From Patescibacteria group bacterium (GTDB lineage: Bacteria > Patescibacteriota > Patescibacteriia > UBA9934): a stretch of 64,000 nt of DNA. The stretch covers positions 102,663 through 166,662 of the forward strand of contig JBBTSM010000003.1 in NCBI GenBank assembly GCA_038064675.1, given 5' to 3'. Position 1 is the stretch's first letter. Each line of letters starts with the position of its first letter. Under the pieces are notes generated by a model, which saw nothing but the letters and a program-made list of their open reading frames with translations, was not told where the DNA came from and ran no database searches. This document shows positions 7,751-16,700 of this stretch, piece by piece. A program made the position numbers and the translations under genes.

Positions 7751-9400
7751 ATGTCTCTTCGCCGAATCATTATCATCACCGGGCTCTGTCTTGGCATCGC
7801 AATAATCGTACCGCGTGCCTTTGCATTTCCATCAAACACCGTTGCAAATCCTGGTGCCGAGACAGGAGATTTTACCAGCTGGTCCAATGTCGACATCAAT
7901 CCGTGGACGGTGGAAACCGGTGGTGCTTATGCCGGAACAAAATCATTTGTTGGAGGGTCGGGGAGCACAATCATCTCGCAAGAAATCGACCTTGTGAGCG
8001 CTGGCTACACCACAGCACAGCTCGACACCATTAGTGGCGTAGAACTCTCCGCCTGGGTAAAAGGCTTTACCGATGACAATCTTACCGGCGACCAATACGG
8101 ACTATTCATCGCCTATCAAGGCGAAGGCTTTGGCACCATGGCATTTACGTACGTTCCGCTCACCAGCGTTCCAACAGACTGGACGCACGTTGCAATCGGC
8201 CTTGGGAACTACGGACCGGGGCTCCGCTACATTCGCGTTGAACTCTGGTCGGTGGACGGCGATGGCGACGGTGCAGATCATGGAGCAATGTTCGATGATG
8301 TTGCACTGAGCATTGCCGGAGACACCGATACACCAACCGTATCGGCTCTTTCTCCCACAGACGGTGCAACGTCGGTAAATCTCCTTTCGAATCTCACCCT
8401 CACCTTCAACGAAACAGTCTACGCTGGCAGTGGCAATATCGTCATCCATCGTCTAAGCGATGGCGCCGTGGCTGCAACAATCGACGCAACGTCAGGCGCA
8501 GTGACCGGCCCAGGAACAAACACCATTGTTATCAATCCCACAACGTCGCTCCTTCAGGGAACCGCGTATTACATCACCGTCGACAATGGAGCATTCGTCG
8601 ATACGTGGACGAATCCATACGTCGGAATCTCCACGTCCACCGGCTGGAACATCCAAACCCCATTCCCCCAGGATTCGTCCGATCCGTCATCAACTCCTGA
8701 CTTCACCATTCATGATGCCGCCGCGACGATCGATGCATCTGGTGTAGCGACAGTGATATGGTCCGCGTCGTCGGAGACGCCATTCATTCGCGTGTATGCC
8801 GCGAAAGACGGACAAGATTGGGAACGCATTTCCGATCCGCTTCTCCCAACATCGTCGTTTTCATGGCAGATCCCGGAAGTATATCGGGGAAAGAATGTCT
8901 CATTTTTGGTTGAAGCAACCGACCTCGCTTCACGTCTTTCAAGCGCAGAAACACCCACTGTTCTTTGGACAGTGAATGCATCGGCCAGCTCCCCTACAGC
9001 ATCAGCAACCACGCCGAGCGAAGGAAGCTTCGTTCGTACCGCGGCGCAAGATACTGTGTACTACATCAATGCGAATTATCAACGCCAACCCATTCCGAAT
9101 GCCCAAACATTCTTTACGTGGGAAACATCATTTGATGTTGTACAAATCGTTAACGCAACAGCCTTGTCGGCAATTCCTATGGGGCCACCGCTTCCTCCAA
9201 AACCAGGAACCATGCTTATAAAAATCACCTCTGTTCCAAAAGTATACGTTGTTGATGGCACCGCCGAACATCCAACGTTGCATTGGATTCGAACGGAACA
9301 AAAAGCCATAGAGCTCTACGGTGCAGAATGGACACAGAATGTTCTGGATGTTCCCCCAACATCGTGGTCGTCGTACGATGTTGGATCCGATATTGAGTAA
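7751..9400 (+). CDS. secreted bacterial Ig-like domain protein ending in the C-terminal module shared with the two giant proteins
   Basis: Internal Met (MSLRRIIIITGLCLGIAIIVPRAFA looks like a signal peptide). Ig-like segment SPTDGATSVNL...AYYITVDNGAFVD. The C-terminal ~110 aa are homologous to the C-terminal regions of 13740..19064 and 28246..37662. Confidence 0.5.
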   Translation: MSLRRIIIITGLCLGIAIIVPRAFAFPSNTVANPGAETGDFTSWSNVDINPWTVETGGAYAGTKSFVGGSGSTIISQEIDLVSAGYTTAQLDTISGVELSAWVKGFTDDNLTGDQYGLFIAYQGEGFGTMAFTYVPLTSVPTDWTHVAIGLGNYGPGLRYIRVELWSVDGDGDGADHGAMFDDVALSIAGDTDTPTVSALSPTDGATSVNLLSNLTLTFNETVYAGSGNIVIHRLSDGAVAATIDATSGAVTGPGTNTIVINPTTSLLQGTAYYITVDNGAFVDTWTNPYVGISTSTGWNIQTPFPQDSSDPSSTPDFTIHDAAATIDASGVATVIWSASSETPFIRVYAAKDGQDWERISDPLLPTSSFSWQIPEVYRGKNVSFLVEATDLASRLSSAETPTVLWTVNASASSPTASATTPSEGSFVRTAAQDTVYYINANYQRQPIPNAQTFFTWETSFDVVQIVNATALSAIPMGPPLPPKPGTMLIKITSVPKVYVVDGTAEHPTLHWIRTEQKAIELYGAEWTQNVLDVPPTSWSSYDVGSDIE

Positions 9401-9425
9401 ATGCCATCCATTCTCTTTCTTCATC

Positions 9426-9455
9426 AAAACCCCCACTCTTTCGAGCGGGGGTTTT
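9426..9455. terminator. bidirectional terminator AAAACCCCCAC...GCGGGGGTTTT
   Basis: Read directly. Confidence 0.45.
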
Positions 9456-9475
9456 GTGTTGTATATGAAATTGCC

Positions 9476-9586
9476 CTACCACCGACCTGTTTCGTTTGGA
9501 TTGTATCCATTCACAACCTCAGTGTAGTTCGTATACCCGTCGCCTTCAGCGAAGGACATAAGATCGGCTCTCACGCTGTTGGACAT
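9476..9586 (-). pseudogene. orphan 3' fragment resembling the end of gene 12393..13568
   Basis: Encodes ...MSFAEGDGYTNYTEVVNGYNPNETGRW*. About 50 nt are near-identical to the 3' end of 12393..13568. No plausible N-terminus or signal peptide upstream. Confidence 0.35.
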
Positions 9587-9764
9587 TTTGATAGCAGCAC
9601 GTGGTCGCAAAACAAATACTCGTCCTGAACGCTGAATCGGATTACGAAGAATCCGCTGGTGCCACAAAAGACGTTGTGCAATACAGAGCACCTGGAATAT
9701 CGCAGAAAACCATTGCAAAATAAGCCAAAAAGTGATACGGTTTCTTTGAATACGCAAACAATAT

Positions 9765-10397
9765 ATGCGCAGACTCAATCGAGAAAATCTCGTTTGGGGG
9801 GGCATCTTCCTGACACTTCAGGCACTCGTTTGGGCGCGAAATTTCATTATTGGATACATCGATTTTTACTGGTTCTGCGACTTCGCCCCCATGGTGTTTG
9901 CCGTGTTTTTCTTCTGCGATGCACCACAAGGAGCAAAGGGGCTCATTCACATTGGCCTTCTTGGCCAGCTACTCTACACCGTTTCATTTCTCAGCGCAGC
10001 GGCCTTTGGTATTCCACTCTTTGGATTCCCCATCGATCTCACCCTTGGAGCATTCTCGGTAACGATCACGTTTGTTATGCATCAAAGTGTCGTGCTTGCA
10101 CTATTTGCTACACGACACGTTCCCGCAGCCCCACGGTCGCTCCTGTATTCCGCGATCATTCTTCTTGGGGTGTACATTGCCGTGTTGAGCCTCGCCGATC
10201 CTACTCTCGCAACGCAAGAAAACTATAACTACATCTACTCCGGCGACCCACTGAACTTCATTCCGTTTTACACAGAACTCTGGATTGGCGTTGCGATGTG
10301 CGTTGCCGTGCTCCCCGCGTTCGCATTCGAAAAAATTCCTGACGCGCTTCTTCTCCTTATTCACAACATTCGTCATCGATACGCCGCATCGTCGTAA
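9765..10397 (+). CDS. integral membrane protein, hypothetical
   Basis: ORF track; several hydrophobic segments. Confidence 0.45.
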   Translation: MRRLNRENLVWGGIFLTLQALVWARNFIIGYIDFYWFCDFAPMVFAVFFFCDAPQGAKGLIHIGLLGQLLYTVSFLSAAAFGIPLFGFPIDLTLGAFSVTITFVMHQSVVLALFATRHVPAAPRSLLYSAIILLGVYIAVLSLADPTLATQENYNYIYSGDPLNFIPFYTELWIGVAMCVAVLPAFAFEKIPDALLLLIHNIRHRYAASS

Positions 10398-10436
10398 GTG
10401 CGCATTCCGCCTTGGAATACCCTAACCACACATTCT

Positions 10437-10829
10437 ATGACATACCTTGCAAACATCGCTCAACTCACAGCAGAAAACGACGCCTTCCGCACCGTGCTCC
10501 ACACCACCACAAAAAGCCAGCTCGTCGTCATGACCATCCCCATCGGCGGCGATATCGGAATGGAAACACATGCCCACGTAGAACAAATCTTTTTCATTCA
10601 ATCCGGAAGCGGGAAAACAATCATAGACGACATTGAGTCCCCCATCAGCGCAGGCTTTGTGGTAATTGTTCCGCCAGGAACCAAACATAACATCCTCAAT
10701 ACTGGCAACGATCCCCTTCGCATCGCCACCGTGTATGTTCCGCCAAATCATCGCGACGGCACCGTTCACCACACCAAAGCCGATGCCGAAGCAGATCGTG
10801 CAGACGAAGCATTCGGCGCAACGGTGTAA
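10437..10829 (+). CDS. cupin-domain protein
   Basis: Internal Met MTYLANIAQL. Cupin-like pattern G..H.H....E.....G.G......P.G..H (ETHAHVEQIFFIQSGSGKT...PPGTKHNILN). Confidence 0.45.
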   Translation: MTYLANIAQLTAENDAFRTVLHTTTKSQLVVMTIPIGGDIGMETHAHVEQIFFIQSGSGKTIIDDIESPISAGFVVIVPPGTKHNILNTGNDPLRIATVYVPPNHRDGTVHHTKADAEADRADEAFGATV

Positions 10830-10874
10830 CGCAGGCCTGGTATTCCTTATCCAAACACATTACGCTTCTAATAT

Positions 10875-11105
10875 ATGGACCTCAACAAAAAACTCTATCG
10901 AAGTGCCACGGATAAAATGATTACTGGTGTTTGCGGAGGCGTGGCAGAATACGTTCCCATGGATTCGACGGTGCTGCGACTTATCTGGGCCTTGGTTGTT
11001 GCGTTCACCGGCTTTGTTCCCGGCGTCATCGTTTACGTGATTGCTGCCCTTGTTATGCCAATCAAACCGGTTCCCGCAGCAGAGCCAACACCAACAAGCG
11101 TCTAA
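10875..11105 (+). CDS. PspC-domain membrane protein
   Basis: LYRSATDKMITGVCGGVAEYVPMDSTVLRLIWALVVAF followed by a TM segment. Confidence 0.55.
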   Translation: MDLNKKLYRSATDKMITGVCGGVAEYVPMDSTVLRLIWALVVAFTGFVPGVIVYVIAALVMPIKPVPAAEPTPTSV

Positions 11106-11112
11106 ACTTTCC

Positions 11113-11139
11113 AAAAATCCAGCACAACGCTGGATTTTT
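11113..11139. terminator. bidirectional terminator AAAAATCCAGC-ACAAC-GCTGGATTTTT
   Basis: Perfect inverted repeat between A and T runs. Confidence 0.55.
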
Positions 11140-11234
11140 GAATACGTACAAGAAACCATCTCTCGCGTTACGCGCCGATCAAATATATTCGATATTTGAA
11201 AAGCCGCGCCCTGGGTGCGGCTCTTCTTCAGGGC

Positions 11235-11750
11235 CTACCCGGACGCGGCTTCCGCCGTTCGTACTTCGTGACGCGTGGCAATGTAGAACTCCAGTTGTTC
11301 ATTGACGTCTTTCGCAGACAGACGCTGACCAGCGCAGTCGTGCAGGATGTCCCTGAGCGCCGTTTCCGGGCCACCGAACCCCGGCAGGAGGCGCTTTACA
11401 ACTGCGTCGATTTCCACCCCTTCTAGGCTTAAGTCGAACAGCGACCAGAGCCCATCAAGGTACTCGAGACTGATTCCCCCGAAATTCAGGTAAACGATCT
11501 CGTCGTCCCCCTCCTTTCCGGAATAGTACCCCCTGAGCAGATTCGGAGGCCTAGCCCCCACCTCAACCGATACCGGAAACTGAGCGCGCGGCTCAGTCCA
11601 TCGCACCGTACTGAATTCCTCGTTCGGCAACATGGCGATCTGCGATTCATGCGGGGAAATCCCCGTCTCACGGCACACCGTTTCGATGAGGCCCTGGGCG
11701 ACCCACAGGGCGACGTTTTTTTTATCAGGACCCATTCCAACTCCTGTCAC
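11235..11750 (-). CDS. hypothetical protein
   Basis: ORF track. A hairpin at ~11203-11226 acts as terminator on the minus strand. Confidence 0.4.
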   Translation of the reverse strand: MTGVGMGPDKKNVALWVAQGLIETVCRETGISPHESQIAMLPNEEFSTVRWTEPRAQFPVSVEVGARPPNLLRGYYSGKEGDDEIVYLNFGGISLEYLDGLWSLFDLSLEGVEIDAVVKRLLPGFGGPETALRDILHDCAGQRLSAKDVNEQLEFYIATRHEVRTAEAASG

Positions 11751-11833
11751 GCCTACCGCGACAGAAAAACACTATCAAAATATGGATAAAACGTCTACGC
11801 ACACTACGGGGGCATGCGTTATTTTGACATCGC

Positions 11834-12289
11834 TTGACTAGTCAACTATATTGCAAGCATATGGAAAATCTCTCCCCTTCCGTGCAACTGTTTCTTGAAA
11901 TGGCAAAAGCACAAACCATTCTTACTCGCCGCTTTGATGCTGGTCTTGGTGGACTTGGGTTGAATGAGTTCATGATTCTCCACCAGCTGCATATCAGCGA
12001 AGACGAAACGCTTCGTCGTACGGATCTTGCGGATAACGTTGGCCTGACGCAATCCGGAATTACCCGACTGCTCGCGCCAATGGAAAAAATCGGACTGGTA
12101 AAGCGAAAGGCCTGCGCAGAAGATGCTCGAGTGAGTTACGTTGTGCTCGCGCCCGGCGGAAAGCGAAAATACGAAGAAGCCGTAGAACGCGCCGAGCTCA
12201 TCTGCGGAGAACTCCTCGCCGCGGCGCACGTTGAAAACCCGGAGTCGCTTCGCCAAACCATTCGCGCGATTGGTTTAGCGAGAATTTAG
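11834..12289 (+). CDS. MarR-family transcriptional regulator
   Basis: Winged-helix signature LGLNEFMILHQL...RTDLADNVGLTQSGITRLLAPMEKIGLVKR. The start could also be the Met at 11861. Confidence 0.55.
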   Translation: MTSQLYCKHMENLSPSVQLFLEMAKAQTILTRRFDAGLGGLGLNEFMILHQLHISEDETLRRTDLADNVGLTQSGITRLLAPMEKIGLVKRKACAEDARVSYVVLAPGGKRKYEEAVERAELICGELLAAAHVENPESLRQTIRAIGLARI

Positions 12290-12392
12290 CCTATGAATAT
12301 CCACGAACTCGACCGCTGAATCTCGAGTAAACAAAATCCCGCAAAACATAAACGACTCCGAGCCTTTCAGCCGAAGTCGCTTACTGTGTGTT

Positions 12393-13568
12393 TTACCACC
12401 GACCAGTTCCGTTTGGATTGTAACCATTCGCAATCTCGAGGCCATCGTTGTAGCCGTCGTTATCGGAATCGGAATCAAAACGGTTGGTCCAGTGAACGGT
12501 CATTTCGGAATAATCCGTAAGACCGTCACCGTCGGAATCGAGCTTACCAACGCCGTTTGGATCGTAGCCATTGATGACTTCGGTGTAATCTTTATATCCA
12601 TCACCGTCCGTATCGGAACTGAACGGATTAGAATGCCACACATGTTCCTCATCCGCATTCGTTACGCCATCGCCGTCAGTGTCCATAGCGGAAACCGCGT
12701 TACCAAGGCTTTCAATAGCGGCCTCATCGTCGTCCGACAGATGATAGTTCTTGATATCGGTTGCATTGGTTGGCAACACAATATTCGTAGGCCGATTAAA
12801 GCTCTTGAAGAGCACCGAAACGCCGATGGTGGTATACGATGCATCGCTCTGGCGCACACTCACATTGAGTGTGAACATCGTAGGAAGCATGTCTGCAACA
12901 TCTACCCAGAAGGAACCACCGATCGTGACATGTTCGGCAAGATAGGTACGAACAGCGTCTTTTCCAGACGATGCGACCATCTTTTTCTCAACGAGATAAT
13001 CAACAAGATTATCGGTATCGATCGTGTACGCGTATCGCACCGTAGGCTTCTTGTTGATGAAGTCCACGGTTTCGTAATGGTACGTCACGATACCACGATC
13101 AAACATATCTTGAAGAGCTGACTGCATTTCTGCAATCCCCTCTGCGGTATCGGCGGCAGTTGGATACTCAGTCGAACCAGACTGCTTTGCAAAATACCAA
13201 GTGTCCCCGTCTTGCGAAAAGTACGCGGTGTCTTTGGTAAGGATCAACGATCCGTTCCGCGTATTGAATGCTCCGTTCTGGTCGGTCATCGATGCAGCGA
13301 AATCGAAGCGGCTATTTTGTGTTTCACTGGAAACGCCATCAAGATCCAAATGAATCTTCACCGGTTGCTTCATGCTTGATGTATACGTCTCCATATCCAC
13401 ATCGACGCCAAAATCAACAGACGTCGCGCTTGCGACGTTCTCAAGAAGTGTCGCGGACGAATCACCGAAGCTTGAGGTGAGGGTCGTCGAGGCCTGCGCA
13501 AACGACGCCGGCAACAACACCACACCCAAAACAGCAGTAGAAACGAGCTTTTTGATAAGATTTTTCAT
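12393..13568 (-). CDS. secreted protein with C-terminal thrombospondin-type-3-like Ca-binding repeats
   Basis: Internal Met MKNLIKKLVSTAVLGVVLLPASFAQA (signal peptide). Three DxDxDGxxDYxE motifs. Ends NGYNPNGTGRW. Confidence 0.5.
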   Translation of the reverse strand: MKNLIKKLVSTAVLGVVLLPASFAQASTTLTSSFGDSSATLLENVASATSVDFGVDVDMETYTSSMKQPVKIHLDLDGVSSETQNSRFDFAASMTDQNGAFNTRNGSLILTKDTAYFSQDGDTWYFAKQSGSTEYPTAADTAEGIAEMQSALQDMFDRGIVTYHYETVDFINKKPTVRYAYTIDTDNLVDYLVEKKMVASSGKDAVRTYLAEHVTIGGSFWVDVADMLPTMFTLNVSVRQSDASYTTIGVSVLFKSFNRPTNIVLPTNATDIKNYHLSDDDEAAIESLGNAVSAMDTDGDGVTNADEEHVWHSNPFSSDTDGDGYKDYTEVINGYDPNGVGKLDSDGDGLTDYSEMTVHWTNRFDSDSDNDGYNDGLEIANGYNPNGTGRW

Positions 13569-13739
13569 GGAAATTAGCCAATGAATTAACCAATCAGTAT
13601 AGCAAAAAAATGGCCAAAAGTCAAGGAATTTGGCTAAGATAAAAGGTAAAATAGAATCTAATCTGATCCTGAAATCGATGAAAAAGCAGATCAATGCAAC
13701 GCATCGTGAGCTGCATTAAGGAGGCACTGCTTCGAAATG

Positions 13740-16700
13740 TTACTCGTGAAGGTCCTGGCGGGCGCGGAGTTGGGAGCGGTCAACAAAGAATGGCGCACTG
13801 ATATCGGAGCCATGAAGAAAACGTGAGTAAAGCGTCGGCGGGATGTCGATAACGTAGTCTGCCCAGGAAGCACCAAAGATATCGCGCACAAGTACTTCAT
13901 TTGTCATCCATCGCAACGCAGTTCCCGTTCCAGATGTTTCAAGCCAATACACGCGATGATCGGATTGGACTTTGACCAGCACCGTTCCAGGATTCGGCAA
14001 CATTGGTGCGCCAACCACCATTTGTGGAAGCGTTGCATCGGTGACCATTTTAATCTCAGAACGGCTGATGATATATGTATACAGCGTCTGATTATCGATA
14101 AACGGATGTCGTCGTCCACCGGCCCCAACGTAATAGACTGTTGGATAGTTCGGCGACTGGATAAGATCTCCTACCGAAACTTCAGTAACCGATTCGGACA
14201 AGCCATTGAACGGCGATCGTCCTTGACCCTCGTAGACGACGGTTGTTGAAGGAGTTTCAGTTCCGTCACCCGCTTCCACGGCTCCATCACCAGATAGAAT
14301 TCCAGAGATGGAAAAAGTGTCATCCGACATATCTTGTGCACCAATGGTCAGCAAATCTCCACCTTCAATGAGCACGCGAGCGTTCGTCGTTGAAACATTC
14401 GGCACCGTCCACGTATAGCTGCCCGTGTTTTGAATATTTGTGGCAATCGCGGTATACGACACACCGTCGTCGAGAGAATACGCAAGCGTAACGAATGGAA
14501 TGGCAGTATCATTTGTGGACGACCAGCTGATGAATGCATGTTGTGCAGCAAGAAGACTGTCGCCGCCATTTGGCGTGATGAGTGAAAGAACAGGAACAAC
14601 GGATGGCGCGCTTTCTTCATCATTCGAGGAATCTGATGGCACTGTGGTAAACGTTGCCGGATGCGTCACTCCGGCAAGCGTGCCTCCGAACGGCACACCG
14701 GCAGTATCGTTTCCTCCAGTAACCGTGAACGTATACGACGTAGTAGGCGCTAAAAGCGATGGATGTGTTAGCGTGAGCACTGTTTCTCCCGCAGACCATG
14801 TTGCAGCGCAGCCATTAACCTCTGGAGCCAGGGTATACGTCACTGTTGAGACATTCATCGACTCGCTAAACGTAGCGGTAACATTGATGCTTCGCAACAC
14901 CGCCACCGATCCGTCTGCTGGAGTTATTGCAACAATACTTGGTGGTGCGGTATCGGTGGGAGTGACGAATCCCGACGACGCAACGTTGCCGAGCGTGTCA
15001 CTCACGCTTCCGATAATCGTGACGAGCGGTGTAAGACCGGTGTCATAGAAAGATCCCTCAGTTAACGACAGCGTCACTACGCCGGCAGATGCCTCGACAG
15101 CATCAGTAACAGCGTAAAGCGCTACAAAGAAGTCGGTGTCCGCAACAGTCGCAGCGTCGAGATCTTTTGAAAACGTCAAGACAATGCGATCAATCTTCCC
15201 ATTCGCATCAAAATCTTGTGTTGCGCCAGAAAGCAGAACTGGCGTTGCGGCGTCGCTCGGTGTAACCGATCCCGAAGCTCGAACATTCCCCACGCCATCC
15301 GCAACGTCTCCCACCAAAGACACGAGCGGGGTTGCACCAGTATCAACGCTTGATCCTTCAGTAAATACAATCGTCACTGCACCGGCCGAGGTTTCTGATG
15401 CGCTAGTGACAACGTATCCTGCAACAGTAATATCAGATCCTGAAACAGTTGATCCGTCGAGATCCTCCGAGAATAGCGCAACGACGCGGTCGATATAGCC
15501 ATTCGCGTCGATATCCTGCGCAACAGCAGACGTAAGGATTGGCAATGCAGAATCTGTTGGTGTCAGCGCCCCAGAAGTTGTGACATTGCCGGATGCATTA
15601 CTGACGCTTCCAACAATAGTGACGAGCGGCGTTGCGCCGGTATCAACCGATGGCCCCTCCGAGAGAACAATGGTCACTACGCCGGCAGCCGTTTCTGACG
15701 CACTCGATATTGTGTATCCAGAAACCGCAAAGTCCGATCCTGCAATAGTAGAACCATCAAGGTCTTGAGAAAATGTTACAACAACGGAATCAAGATATCC
15801 GTTTGTATTTGTATCGGCTGTGGTGGCCGACGCCATACTTGCAACAGACTGTGTCGTGGTAGAAAGCACATTGCTCCGATCCGAAACCGATGCGAAATTC
15901 GCGTCGTTGTCGTATGCCTCCACCGCGAAATAATATACCGTGTTCGGCGTAAGGCCGGTCACTATTCCAGTCGTCACATCACCAAACGTCGCGGTCTGTG
16001 TGAGTGCATTGCTCGCGGTTCCATACTTCACATGATATCCAGCGATAGTCGGTTCGAAAGCGGTAATGCTCGACCAATTCACCGTTGCCTGTGTTGCGGT
16101 CACCGCCGAGATCGTCAGCGCTGTCGGTTGCATGAATGCCAACGCCCACAACCGAGCGATACGTTCATAGCCGGCTGCATTTGGATGGACACCGTTATAC
16201 TCAGCCGGTTTATAATTTTGGAAGGTGAAAAAGAAATCAGCACCTCCTCCAAGTCCGAGCTCTGAGCGCATGGCGTCAATCGCGGCCGGATAGGTTGCCA
16301 AAACATCTACAATGTCCGCACGACTATCGTAGAACGGGTAAGGGACGTAAATATCGTCGTAGGAGGCGCCGTACGTGCCAATAAGGGTATTAAACAACGA
16401 CTCCATGTCGGCACGATATGTGGCTGCGGAGTGTAAGACTTGAGAATCTCCGTTGCCGAGCGCTACGATCCATTTTGTAGGAGCAAGTGCCAATTCTCTC
16501 GTTGTCCAATTGGAAACCATCACTGCCGACTGATAGTTCGACGCTCGTATACCAAGATGTCCTTCGTTCATCAGAAACACGGGGTAGCCATAATACGCAG
16601 ACAATTGATCGTTCAAATCTGTGAGAAACGATTCTTTAAACAGAGCATCAGACGGATCATTTTGTGGAAAATTTCTATGGTCAAGAGAAAGAGAACCCGC

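Noticed and set aside
9476-13568. A diversity-generating retroelement (template/variable repeat pair), suggested by the duplicated 3' ends of 9476..9586 and 12393..13568
   Set aside because: Mismatches between the two copies are not adenine-specific. No reverse transcriptase gene is nearby. An ordinary paralog or recombination remnant is more parsimonious.
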